64,000 nt of DNA, taken from IMG/VR virus record IMGVR_UViG_3300025158_000018; one strand, 5' to 3'. The notes beneath the pieces were generated by a model. That model did no database searches. It was not told the DNA's origin and was given only the letters and a program-made list of their open reading frames with translations. The DNA comes from a virus. A program made the position numbers and the translations under genes. This document shows, one piece after another, positions 38,298 through 47,990 of the stretch (position 1 is the first letter of the stretch; every line of letters begins with the position of its first letter).

Positions 38298-39485
38298 ATG
38301 AAGATAATTAAGCTATTCGAGGCGAAAGAACCAGACCTTTCATCCATCATCGGCCCGGATGTTAAAAAATTAGGTCGTATATTCAAAAATAATGGATACG
38401 AAATACGAATCGTAGGTGGTGCTGTGCGTGATGCTTTACTCGGAAAAACCCCCAAAGACATCGACCTAGCAACAACCGCTACCCCGGAAGAGATGGAAAA
38501 GATTGGGCGTGTAAACAACCTTAGAGTTGTTGATACCGGATCAGAACATGGAACATTAACTTTTGTTATAAATGATGAACCTTATGAAATAACCACTTTA
38601 AGAATTGACAAAGATACTGACGGTAGACATGCTGAAGTGGAATGGACTCGCGATTTTAAGGAAGACGCCAGAAGAAGGGATTTGACCTATAACGCTATGT
38701 CGGTGGATATGGACGGAAAACTTCATGATTACTTTGGTGGCCATGAAGACTTGAAGAACAAGCAAACCCGCTTTGTCGGCGACCCAGATGAAAGAATTCA
38801 AGAAGATTATCTCCGGATTCTTCGTTATTTCAGATTCTTGGCCAAACAAGAAGGACGAGCGTCAGACGAACAAACTTTACAATCTATTTCAAGAAATGTT
38901 GGAGGATTACGTAAAATATCGGCGGAAAGAATTTGGTCAGAGTTAAGTAAAATGGTAATACAACCAAATATGAAACAAGCATTCAAAGAAATGAAAAAAT
39001 GTGGCGTCCTAGGGGCCATTTCTATGCCAACAAGCAGTTCAGCAATACGGCACGGAGCCGAAGCTGCAAAACTGCCTGAGATTCGCCCAGAGGCGGTCAT
39101 AGCCACAATGTTGGACGCAACACCGTCGGAGACAATGAATTTCGTGTCGAGAATGAAAATGTCTAGACCAGAAGCCAATTTGATAAACTACATAGTGGCG
39201 CGGGAAAACGTAAAAGGTGTTTCTTTTCTTGATGAAATCTTTTTCAATGGAATTAAACCCGAAACTGTTCGTCAATATGGGTTGGCAGTTGGTGACAGTT
39301 CTGCTGTATCAGCGGCAAAAGCAGCAGAAAATGCTCCACCATTCCCCGTTTCTGGTGGAGATTTATTGAAACGGGGTTTTACACCCGGACCAGAATTAGG
39401 TAAAATGATCAATTCACTCAAAAAACAATGGGTGGACAGTGGATTCAAACTGAACAAAGAACAACTTTTAGGAAAATTGAAATGA
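38298..39485 (+). CDS. cca: tRNA nucleotidyltransferase (CCA-adding enzyme), class II head domain
   Basis: GGAVRD, DIDLAT, RRDLTYNAM motifs. Confidence 0.85.
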   Translation: MKIIKLFEAKEPDLSSIIGPDVKKLGRIFKNNGYEIRIVGGAVRDALLGKTPKDIDLATTATPEEMEKIGRVNNLRVVDTGSEHGTLTFVINDEPYEITTLRIDKDTDGRHAEVEWTRDFKEDARRRDLTYNAMSVDMDGKLHDYFGGHEDLKNKQTRFVGDPDERIQEDYLRILRYFRFLAKQEGRASDEQTLQSISRNVGGLRKISAERIWSELSKMVIQPNMKQAFKEMKKCGVLGAISMPTSSSAIRHGAEAAKLPEIRPEAVIATMLDATPSETMNFVSRMKMSRPEANLINYIVARENVKGVSFLDEIFFNGIKPETVRQYGLAVGDSSAVSAAKAAENAPPFPVSGGDLLKRGFTPGPELGKMINSLKKQWVDSGFKLNKEQLLGKLK

Positions 39486-40012
39486 TTTTAAAAGAAATAT
39501 TTTTACAAGAATCAGTAAACGCTACTGATAAGTACACCATAGCAGTAGATATGGACGGGGTTTTGGCCGATTTCTCTGCGGGGGCCAGAGAAATGTTGGG
39601 TTTAGACAAAGATACTACACCTTCTAAAAAATTTTGGTCTACCTTGAGTAGATATGATAAAGAAGTTAAGCCATTTTTTCTCAATTTGCCCGTTATGGAT
39701 GATGCTTTTGAGTTGATGAGATTCGTCCATTCAAACTTTAAAAATTATTATATATTGACCGCTTCCGGGTATACTCCAAAAGACGGGGCGGAACAAAAGA
39801 AAGAGTGGGTTAAAAAAGTGTTTGGTCCGCAAATTAGAGTGGAAGTGGTAAAGAAATCTTCAGACAAGGCCAACTACGCCACAAACAACAGTATTTTAAT
39901 TGATGACAGGATGCATTCCATAGGCCCATGGAGAGATGCTGGCGGAATAGGTATTGTTCACGTTACAGCACAGCAATCTATTACAGAACTAAAATCTTTT
40001 TTGGGCCGTTAA
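39482..40012 (+). CDS. 5'(3')-deoxyribonucleotidase (NT5C-like HAD)
   Basis: AVDMDGVLADF motif; ATGA overlap with cca stop. Confidence 0.7.
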   Translation: MILKEIFLQESVNATDKYTIAVDMDGVLADFSAGAREMLGLDKDTTPSKKFWSTLSRYDKEVKPFFLNLPVMDDAFELMRFVHSNFKNYYILTASGYTPKDGAEQKKEWVKKVFGPQIRVEVVKKSSDKANYATNNSILIDDRMHSIGPWRDAGGIGIVHVTAQQSITELKSFLGR

Positions 40013-40827
40013 TCTAAAAGTTCGACCGGGGCATCAACCATACTAAAGTCGGACGGTATGTGTTTGCCCCAAGCTTTTTTTCCGGCCAAATCTATTATCC
40101 CGACGATTTTGTTAGAACCCCTGAATCCTACATTTGATGGAATAGAAAAAGTTTTAGAAATCTTGTCACTTTCTGTTCCAACATATTTCCTGACTATATT
40201 TTTAAAAATCTTTCTGAGACCGTCTTGTTCGTCTCTTATATCCGTACTGCCCGTAATACGTCCATCAACCAATTTACTAGCAAGAGATTTTATGTGAAGG
40301 GTAGAACGTTTGATAATGTTTTCAACCGTTACCGGATTTAAGTTATAAAACTCTTTCAAGTTTTTAGAAAGAGTTTTTGTGGTTTCTTTAGTTATTGTTT
40401 CAACCATTTGATCAATTTCTTCAAACATTTCGTCAGAGTCGTCATGGTTGTATTTGTCTAGGATATGTAAAACTTCGCCATAAATCTTACTGTCGATTTT
40501 ATCTAATATCTGAAATAAATCATCTTCGTCTAAATAAGAAGATTTCGGCTGAACCTCGGCAATTATTATTGCGGGCTCACTACTATCTATCCAACGAGCA
40601 AAATTTTTTGCTTTTCCAAAATTGGTAGTAAAATACACCCCCTCGTGTGGCTCATAGCCAAACCCGAAATCGGTGTTCATCTCATCATCACCCAAGCCCC
40701 CGCCCCTGTAGTTCATTATCAACCCATTTTTGATAATAGAGCGGAGATTCTTTTTACTGGTAGCATGATACGCTATAACCTTTTCTTTGGAAAATTTGGC
40801 CTTTTCCAAAACTATTCCTATTTTCAA
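40009..40827 (-). CDS. PARP-like (ARTD-clade, H-Y-E type) ADP-ribosyltransferase fold protein, putative
   Basis: AYHATSKKNLRSIIKNGL (PARP LWHGSRTTNFAGILSQGL), GVYFTTNFGKAKNFA (PARP GIYFADMVSKSANY), hydrophobic AIIIAEV strand, candidate catalytic E in YGEVLHI; recollection-based. Confidence 0.4.
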   Translation of the reverse strand: MKIGIVLEKAKFSKEKVIAYHATSKKNLRSIIKNGLIMNYRGGGLGDDEMNTDFGFGYEPHEGVYFTTNFGKAKNFARWIDSSEPAIIIAEVQPKSSYLDEDDLFQILDKIDSKIYGEVLHILDKYNHDDSDEMFEEIDQMVETITKETTKTLSKNLKEFYNLNPVTVENIIKRSTLHIKSLASKLVDGRITGSTDIRDEQDGLRKIFKNIVRKYVGTESDKISKTFSIPSNVGFRGSNKIVGIIDLAGKKAWGKHIPSDFSMVDAPVELLD

Positions 40828-40830
40828 AGA

Positions 40831-41313
40831 TTATTGTCCCATTGCTAATCGAGGTCTAGTTTCCATTCTACGTTGAGTCTGAATGGTGTTAGGATCTCTG
40901 TTATCGCTCGGTTCTTCATCTTCCACTTCTCTAGTTAGCTGCATCATCAACTTGTTCATCACCACTCGTATTTGATTCATCGCAGTAATAACTATTCTTC
41001 GGTGTTTCTTTTTGTCGCTTGGATTTTTTAGTTTATTTGTTAAACCAAACGCCCACTTAGCCGTATTAAATCTACGCTGGGCTTCGTCGAAAATTTCTCC
41101 CACTGACATGTTTGGGCCAAAATCTGTAATGCCCTCACTTATAGCTTCTACCGCATCTTCACTAATCTGGATGTCATGTTCAGATACCAATGCACAAAAC
41201 TCTTCAAACAAGTTATTATATTCTTCTTGGAAACTGCACAATTGTTCTTCGAATCTGTTCTCTTCTAGGATATTTTTTAAAAAGCTCATTACCCATTCTC
41301 CTTGTTGGGACAT
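40831..41313 (-). CDS. hypothetical protein
   Basis: ORF. Confidence 0.45.
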   Translation of the reverse strand: MSQQGEWVMSFLKNILEENRFEEQLCSFQEEYNNLFEEFCALVSEHDIQISEDAVEAISEGITDFGPNMSVGEIFDEAQRRFNTAKWAFGLTNKLKNPSDKKKHRRIVITAMNQIRVVMNKLMMQLTREVEDEEPSDNRDPNTIQTQRRMETRPRLAMGQ

Positions 41314-41344
41314 TACAAGAACTATTTATAGAATATTCAGATAC

Positions 41345-41380
41345 ACAAAAAAAATCAAAGACCCATTGTGGGTCTTTGAT
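41345..41380 (-). terminator. rho-independent terminator (minus strand)
   Basis: 11-bp stem tcaaagaccca/tgggtctttga followed by T8 on minus strand. Confidence 0.65.
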
Positions 41381-41482
41381 TTCGGGTTTGACAGCCTAAC
41401 AGCTTCACTGTGCGTTCACACTTCGGGTCTTTCAAGGTCACTGGGTTGCTGTCTGCTACTATTGACCTTTTTTCGCACCCGA

Positions 41483-42394
41483 TTACTGGGACTGTGGGGG
41501 ATTGTATACTCTCATATTGCCTCCCGGCGTATACAGGGCTTCAACCGGCATGAATGTGAAATTTCCATCCAACCCAGCCTGTTCCGCAAACGCTTGCTGA
41601 ACTTCCAATCTTCGGAATTCGAGTGGGGCGGGGCTTATACCTTCAGCAATAGTTCGATTCTCATCTCGAATTGTCTTTGCACGAGTCATACGAGTCTGAT
41701 ACTCCGCTTCCGCCAACCTACGGTCGTTTTCTTTACGAAGAAGGTCTATTTCGTTCTGGGCTCGCTCTCTCTGGATATCAAGCTCCCGTTCTTTAGCGAC
41801 TTCGATTGCGCGGGTCACGACATCCGGGAACGCAATGTTATTAATGATCACGTTTTCCAAAGAGAGGGGTGTTCCTCTCAACGCTGGACCTATCTCGGCC
41901 CCGAGTTCATCAGAAATAAGAGCGTAATTCTGATAAACCTCTTCGGAACTATAGCGATTAAGAACCACACGTGCCTTGTTCTGCACGATCATCTGTGCGT
42001 AGGTACGATAGGCTGTGTCAAGACCAAGATATGGATTATCGCGCTCAACCTTGATGTCATTGAACATCGCATTTATAATTTGGGGCTCGTTGCGCAGTCT
42101 GGCGCGAAAGCGAACATCGAAATCCAGTTCCAACCGGTCAGACAAAATGACAGTCATACTTTCGGTGAAAGTTTGAGTAGACATATCCAAAAGGACAAGT
42201 GTCTGGAACATATATACCGCCTTGCGTCCCGGTGGCAAAACTTCATCCTGATATCCCTGTGCTGTCAAAATCTTTCCTGATGCGCGGGTGGAATTCTCTC
42301 GTAGCTGCACCCACTCATTAGTAAAGCTCCAAGGGATATTACAACTGCTACTAATAGTTTTCTCATGGTTGATCGTCTCCTTTGTTAGTACCAT
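41483..42394 (-). CDS. SPFH/band-7 (HflC/stomatin-like) domain protein
   Basis: band-7-like core plus coiled-coil ..RERAQNEIDLLRKENDRRLAEAEYQTR. Confidence 0.5.
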   Translation of the reverse strand: MVLTKETINHEKTISSSCNIPWSFTNEWVQLRENSTRASGKILTAQGYQDEVLPPGRKAVYMFQTLVLLDMSTQTFTESMTVILSDRLELDFDVRFRARLRNEPQIINAMFNDIKVERDNPYLGLDTAYRTYAQMIVQNKARVVLNRYSSEEVYQNYALISDELGAEIGPALRGTPLSLENVIINNIAFPDVVTRAIEVAKERELDIQRERAQNEIDLLRKENDRRLAEAEYQTRMTRAKTIRDENRTIAEGISPAPLEFRRLEVQQAFAEQAGLDGNFTFMPVEALYTPGGNMRVYNPPQSQ

Positions 42395-42761
42395 CTTCTT
42401 GAGATTTTTTCAATTCTTCGTATTGATTTTCGACCTGTTCTTGAATAGTCTGGTTTTCTTCCCGAAGTTCTTTCAGTCTAGACTCTATCGCTTCTCTTGT
42501 CAAGTTATTCTCAATTCGAACTCGATGTTCCTCTGTTATTTCATTAAACTCGGTCTTCATAGAATCCCTTGCGGCCCCATCATTCAATTCTTGACGAACC
42601 GGCATAACAACAAACCAGAGGACTACGAGTACTACTGAAATTACAATTCTCTTAATAGATCGCCAGTCAGATATAAATTCATACGGCTCTTCTTCTCTAC
42701 TACTGATAGCCATATTTCTTTTAATAGAACTTCGAACCCACAGACCCAATAAAAACAACAC
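42363..42761 (-). CDS. membrane protein with coiled-coil, possible SPFH partner
   Basis: TM helix VISVVLVVLWFVVM plus coiled-coil. Confidence 0.4.
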   Translation of the reverse strand: MLFLLGLWVRSSIKRNMAISSREEEPYEFISDWRSIKRIVISVVLVVLWFVVMPVRQELNDGAARDSMKTEFNEITEEHRVRIENNLTREAIESRLKELREENQTIQEQVENQYEELKKSQEDGTNKGDDQP

Positions 42762-42821
42762 ACCTAGGAAAAATAATAGTTCCTAAACCCGATGTATCAA
42801 GTACCCACATGTATTTCTCCT

Positions 42822-43253
42822 TTAGTCAGTAAATACTTCGTTTTCTTTCTTGATCCTTTCCAAAATTCGACCAAGATGATTTTCCCCCTTCCCGCTTTCT
42901 ATATCAACCCCCCAAAAAGTATCTCCCCAACTGTTTCCTTCCACGATTGGCTCGTCTATTTGTGACAGTCTTTCGGCAAGTTCTGTATCAGAAAACTTGA
43001 TCTTGTTAAGATCATACATTATTTGTAGACTGATGTCAATCCAATCCGGGCGGACGTATTTACTGTACTTTCGAGATAGGCGTTTGGCCTTTCCCGGAGT
43101 ATTTGAATTAATTATCTTTTGCCGAATAGATGGGTCAGTAAACTTCAAAGCTTGGTAAGCATGCTCTGAGGTAAGATAGGTTACACCCTGAAATGTTATA
43201 GGATGCATATAAAAATTACTTAAAAAATCATATTTTCCCCTAAATTGCATCAT
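42822..43253 (-). CDS. NADAR (YbiA/DUF1768) domain protein
   Basis: FRGKYDFLSNFYMHPITFQGVTYLTSEHAYQALKF signature. Confidence 0.75.
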   Translation of the reverse strand: MMQFRGKYDFLSNFYMHPITFQGVTYLTSEHAYQALKFTDPSIRQKIINSNTPGKAKRLSRKYSKYVRPDWIDISLQIMYDLNKIKFSDTELAERLSQIDEPIVEGNSWGDTFWGVDIESGKGENHLGRILERIKKENEVFTD

Positions 43254-44002
43254 TCCATTAACTCCACAGTGATTTTACCGGTTGATAAAAAACTACCAGT
43301 GTCTATGTAACGAACGTTTCCAATATTGGTAACTTTTTCAACTATAGTGTGTCCGACGTAAATCCGGTCAACATTTAGAATTTTTTTAAGATCGGCTTGT
43401 AAATAGCTTCTGGAAGTAAAACGGCTTCTGCCCCAATACAAATTGTCCGCTAAATCTTTGCTCATCTGGTCTTCTGTCATTTTATACAATAACGACCAAT
43501 CGGTGAATTTGATTGGAAGCTCTGCATGTAGCACCCCAAATTTCTTACCATTTTTATGGTTTACCTCAATAATAGACGGAAGCTTTTCTATTATTTTTTT
43601 AAATCTAAGGTATGCTCCCCCATTGTCAATAATGGACCCACCGTTTTGCATAAAAATATGAAAATATGTTTTCAACTGAACGACATCATCAGTAGCAGGG
43701 TCGTAATCTTCCATCCAATACTTATGAGCAGCAAGCCACATTATTTCGTGATTTCCTAAAACGGGAAAAAACCATTCTTCTTCCATCAGTTTTAGACAAG
43801 AAAGGCTATCTGGTCCACGGTCCACAAGGTCTCCTACAGAAAAAACTCTGTCTACATTAGGATCGAATCTGTTGTCATAAAGAAGATTTTTGAAATCTTC
43901 ATAGCATCCGTGTAGATCGGATACTACGAAGTCTCTTCCTTCGGGGTTTGGTCCGTATGATTTAAAAAATTTCATTGATGTATTATAACTGGAACTATTC
44001 AA
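43250..44002 (-). CDS. calcineurin-like metallophosphoesterase (PP-lambda / ApaH-like)
   Basis: DLHG, GDLVDRG, GNHE motifs. Confidence 0.8.
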   Translation of the reverse strand: MNSSSYNTSMKFFKSYGPNPEGRDFVVSDLHGCYEDFKNLLYDNRFDPNVDRVFSVGDLVDRGPDSLSCLKLMEEEWFFPVLGNHEIMWLAAHKYWMEDYDPATDDVVQLKTYFHIFMQNGGSIIDNGGAYLRFKKIIEKLPSIIEVNHKNGKKFGVLHAELPIKFTDWSLLYKMTEDQMSKDLADNLYWGRSRFTSRSYLQADLKKILNVDRIYVGHTIVEKVTNIGNVRYIDTGSFLSTGKITVELME

Positions 44003-44034
44003 AAAGTCAAAAAATTTTACGGTTTAAAAACTTA

Positions 44035-45804
44035 TCAAACCAAACGTCTTAAAGTTCTTTGATCTGGTGGTTGACCGGTAATATTAAAGAGAATTTGTCC
44101 ATTTTCAACGCTGCCGGTACCGATTGAATTTATTTCAAAGTCAGATTTTATAGCAAACTGTCCACCATCTACCGAATATATTTTCAAATCATCTAATGGG
44201 CCTGACAACATCCGCCATAGTTTGTTTCCTTCGGTATCGTGCAAAAGCCAATACAATATGGCATGGCCTTTTGAGTCTACAGAAATTGTCATTCCTTCGT
44301 TGTTACCAATTCCATAGTATCCGTTCATTGAATGTTCCGAAGCTTGTGATATTCTCTGTAACGGCACGGCTATTGGGCCATATCCTTCTATTTCCCCCCG
44401 CATTATGCCGGTAGTGTCATTGTGCCAATAAACCATGATTTCCCCCAATTCCGATATTTCTCCCTCGGGGTTAGCAGTAACAATCGTACCCTTGGCGACA
44501 GTCCCTTCTACATCACAAACAGCCCAAAACCACTGGTGTTGGCTATGCTCCCGATCTTTCCACGTTAGCCAGTGCAAAACCACGCGATTGTCGTCGGTGA
44601 ACCCAACATGCACCCCTTGCACCGACCATTGTTTGTTGCCCCACTGTCCGGCCAAGTTTTTAGTTATTGGCGATGAATCCCCAATCCACCATATAGGTTC
44701 TGTTATCGTTGGTGTGGGTGCGGTACTGGTTTTATTAAAGACCCGCACTTTTGCGGAATATTTGTTAAGTTTTTCTACTCGCACCACAATGTCATCGAAT
44801 TCGTATTGCGTTTCAGTTTCAATATACCGCAACAGCCTAGTAATTACCCACCGCTTGGTACCCTCGAACCACGGTACATGGACGGCAACAACTCCATTGT
44901 AGAAACTAACACATACTGATTTGTTCGTGCTGTCTCCTGTGTTGCACATAACAGCTTTATTCTCGCCGGTGCGTAAGGACAAAGGATTTCTGGAACCTTG
45001 GACCAACCACGTTTCAACAGACTCTCCGGATTCAAGCCCAATGATGTTGTTGTCTTCTATCAACCCGGCTTCGATTAAGTGTGGGGTATTAAAATCATAT
45101 ACGACCCCCGGTAGTCGGTCGAGCCCCATCCACGTGGAATTTTCTGCATATTCGCGTTGTCCTTGGCCAGAATGACTAACTCCTAATAAGGAATGTCCTA
45201 GGGTTTCGTGTATATGCGTACTTTTTTTGTACACACACCACGACTTAGACCAGCTTTTCGGACCATTTAAATCGGCACGACCACACAAGCTAGAATTAGA
45301 AATACCGGAAGATGTTATACACCCGTAATGCGTGTCGCCGAGTCTTTTATTGGGATACGCCTGATCTGACATATACCGAAGCATAGGCCAATCTACACCA
45401 AAGTAGCCATCACTGGTTATAATCGTTGGAAAGTTTACCGGATATACCTCAATATCCACTCGACCCCCAGCTATTCTGAGGTATTCATTCTTGATATCTT
45501 TTGCAGTGCGTTTGACATAATCGTCGCTTTCAAGATCTGGAAAAACTTCCGGCGACACCCCGTACCCAAATGTCAGTCCGACTCGTCGAACATCATGCTC
45601 TGGTAGTGCGGTCAAATCATATTGCCAATCTTCCAAATTTAAGAGACCAGCAGATTCAGAAAAAAGAGCCTCTATCGTTTTACCCATAGGGGGATTTTTG
45701 GCCATAGAATGTGGTGTTAGTTCTAGTCCCAGTGGATATTCATCAGTTATGATGATAGGAACATGACGGTCGTTTAACGTTATATGTCCGCGCAATACTA
45801 GCAT
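44035..45804 (-). CDS. large paralog 2 (589 aa) with conserved HETLGHSLLGVSHSG metal-binding-like motif
   Basis: global similarity to 45878..47638, incl. shared C-terminus PD.R.LRRL. Confidence 0.5.
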   Translation of the reverse strand: MLVLRGHITLNDRHVPIIITDEYPLGLELTPHSMAKNPPMGKTIEALFSESAGLLNLEDWQYDLTALPEHDVRRVGLTFGYGVSPEVFPDLESDDYVKRTAKDIKNEYLRIAGGRVDIEVYPVNFPTIITSDGYFGVDWPMLRYMSDQAYPNKRLGDTHYGCITSSGISNSSLCGRADLNGPKSWSKSWCVYKKSTHIHETLGHSLLGVSHSGQGQREYAENSTWMGLDRLPGVVYDFNTPHLIEAGLIEDNNIIGLESGESVETWLVQGSRNPLSLRTGENKAVMCNTGDSTNKSVCVSFYNGVVAVHVPWFEGTKRWVITRLLRYIETETQYEFDDIVVRVEKLNKYSAKVRVFNKTSTAPTPTITEPIWWIGDSSPITKNLAGQWGNKQWSVQGVHVGFTDDNRVVLHWLTWKDREHSQHQWFWAVCDVEGTVAKGTIVTANPEGEISELGEIMVYWHNDTTGIMRGEIEGYGPIAVPLQRISQASEHSMNGYYGIGNNEGMTISVDSKGHAILYWLLHDTEGNKLWRMLSGPLDDLKIYSVDGGQFAIKSDFEINSIGTGSVENGQILFNITGQPPDQRTLRRLV

Positions 45805-45877
45805 TTTTCTTTCCTTTTATCATTTAATTTCTAATTGTATCTAATTTTCTTTTCACTTGATGGTTCATACCAAATAA

Positions 45878-47638
45878 TTAGGCTAGTCTTCGTAAACTAC
45901 GTTCATCAGGTTCCTTTCCGTCTAGATTAAAAGTTACCGTGTTGTTTGACACAGTCGCAGTACCGATTTTCTCTACAGTAAAATCGGACTTCACAGAAAA
46001 CTGACCACCTTCAACTTTATAAATGTCTAATTCACCACCATTTCCTTGCAGCATGTGCCATAATTTGTCGTTATTGTTGTGTCCTAACCAATAACATAAC
46101 ATGCGTCCGTTAGAACCGGTCGATATAGTTAGACCCTCGCCATTACCTATTCCATAATATCCTGCGATGTATGATGGATTAGCAGCAAACACACGAGTAA
46201 ACGGCATGGCGAATCTCAGTCCATGATTGAATGTTCCTCTTGCAATTCCTTGTTCTTCAGAATACCAAAAAACTTCTATATCTCCCACTTCTTCCGGTCT
46301 TCCATACTTATCAGCCGTTATTAACGTACCTTGGGCTAATCTTCCGTCGTTGGAAATATCGCATACTGCCCAATACCAAGCATGTGAATCAATTTCGTAT
46401 CTGTCCCATGTTAACCAATGTAAAACCAATTTCCCACTATCATTAAATCCGACATGCACCCCCTGCACAGACCATTTTCTGTTCCCCCACTGTCCCCTTG
46501 CCCAATCCCCTATTTGCGGAGAAGTGGCTGGGTCGGGTCTCCCCCTTTCGGGGATTCTTGCGGTTTCGGGTTCAGTCGTGGTTTGGTTGAACACTTGTAC
46601 TCTTGCACAATCGTTTTTCAATTCTAGTACTCTGACCCTGACCCCAGAAAATGTTCCCTCCAAATTCGCAGCCCTAAAAGTTCGTAAAAGTCCAGATCGT
46701 AGAAAATTAGTGGTCATCCTGTGTCCGGGCTCATGGACACGCACAGTTCCATTAAAAAAAGAAACCATCAAGCGGCGAGTGAGTCCAGTGTTGGCCACAT
46801 GACATAAAATCGCCTTGTTTTCTCCCAATTTTAAGCTGAGAGGGTCGTCGGAGCCCTGCACCAAATAAGTATCTATTGATTCTCCCGGAACCAAGTATCT
46901 TACGTTGTTTTCTTCTATCAAACCCCCATGGTACAAATGTGGAGTATTAAAATCAGCAAATATTCTATCACCGCCGTTTCCCATTATAGTATCACCCTCA
47001 CCGTATGGGTTTCCACCGTTCCCAGTGCCGGAATGTTCTACCGCCATGATAGAATGACCCACGGTCTCATGAAAATGCGTATTTTTTGCTCCAACACAAG
47101 TAGATTTGCTCCACGAAAGCGTTCCCCCCAAATCTGCTCGACCACACACCCCTACGGTGCTGGACGATGTTTGTGAAATGGCACACAGGTGTGTAAAACT
47201 AGGGGCGTCCGGATTGGCCAAACGGCAGGCAGCGCCTAGGTCTGACCACTTAACGGTATAAAAGTCTGAGGCCGCGCCCACGTAAGATGCCGGATACGCA
47301 TGTACCTCCCAGCGATCCCTCCCCACACGGCGGGCTTCATTTTCTAATTGTTTCGCCCAACGCGTTGCAGCCTCTACTGCATTAGAATTATTGTCTTCTT
47401 CAGTTGAAACCCCAAATCCAACTGCAATGTGTATTTGCCTGATCTCGTAATCCGGCAAATCCGTTAGATCATACTGCCAATCCAGAACCACTCCGTCGAT
47501 TATGAGAGCTTCAATGGTTTTTCCCAATTCGGGCAAAGGCTCTACTGGCTCTATAGATATTTGTTGTCCATTGATCGTGTGAAACTGAAAGTTTCCGGAT
47601 TCAGTGTCTACTAAAACTTTTCCTCTGTAGGCATTCAT
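45878..47638 (-). CDS. large paralog 1 (586 aa) with HETVGHSIMAVEHSG motif
   Basis: paralog of 44035..45804; TATAAATA late motif ~25 nt upstream. Confidence 0.5.
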   Translation of the reverse strand: MNAYRGKVLVDTESGNFQFHTINGQQISIEPVEPLPELGKTIEALIIDGVVLDWQYDLTDLPDYEIRQIHIAVGFGVSTEEDNNSNAVEAATRWAKQLENEARRVGRDRWEVHAYPASYVGAASDFYTVKWSDLGAACRLANPDAPSFTHLCAISQTSSSTVGVCGRADLGGTLSWSKSTCVGAKNTHFHETVGHSIMAVEHSGTGNGGNPYGEGDTIMGNGGDRIFADFNTPHLYHGGLIEENNVRYLVPGESIDTYLVQGSDDPLSLKLGENKAILCHVANTGLTRRLMVSFFNGTVRVHEPGHRMTTNFLRSGLLRTFRAANLEGTFSGVRVRVLELKNDCARVQVFNQTTTEPETARIPERGRPDPATSPQIGDWARGQWGNRKWSVQGVHVGFNDSGKLVLHWLTWDRYEIDSHAWYWAVCDISNDGRLAQGTLITADKYGRPEEVGDIEVFWYSEEQGIARGTFNHGLRFAMPFTRVFAANPSYIAGYYGIGNGEGLTISTGSNGRMLCYWLGHNNNDKLWHMLQGNGGELDIYKVEGGQFSVKSDFTVEKIGTATVSNNTVTFNLDGKEPDERSLRRLA

Positions 47639-47990
47639 ACTATTATCTGTATACTCTGTTCGTTATTTATAGGGATTGTAAATTCGTTTGTGTAGACGCC
47701 CATTGATCCTCAGGTAATAAGGAGAGCATCAATGGAAGCAATCATGAAGAACGAGAAAGTCAAGAAGTTGGTGGCCGATCCGCGACTGGAAAGCCGCACT
47801 GAATCAACTTATCATCCAGTTCGATGACCGGATTACCCGTCATCTTTGAGAGGGTGGTTACACAGAAAAATTTACAGGCTCTTTTTATATGATTAAACTT
47901 CATGTTGATATACCAACCATCGTAAAAGTTTAAGAAACGTTTTCTGTACAGATGACATACCTACTACATCAACGCGACCACAAACACTTA

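Noticed and set aside
40009-40827. Assignment as Tpt1/KptA RNA 2'-phosphotransferase
   Set aside because: It lacks the N-terminal RNA-binding lobe with the R-H-R-R catalytic tetrad. Only the generic ART NAD-binding elements are present, so it is called PARP-like instead.
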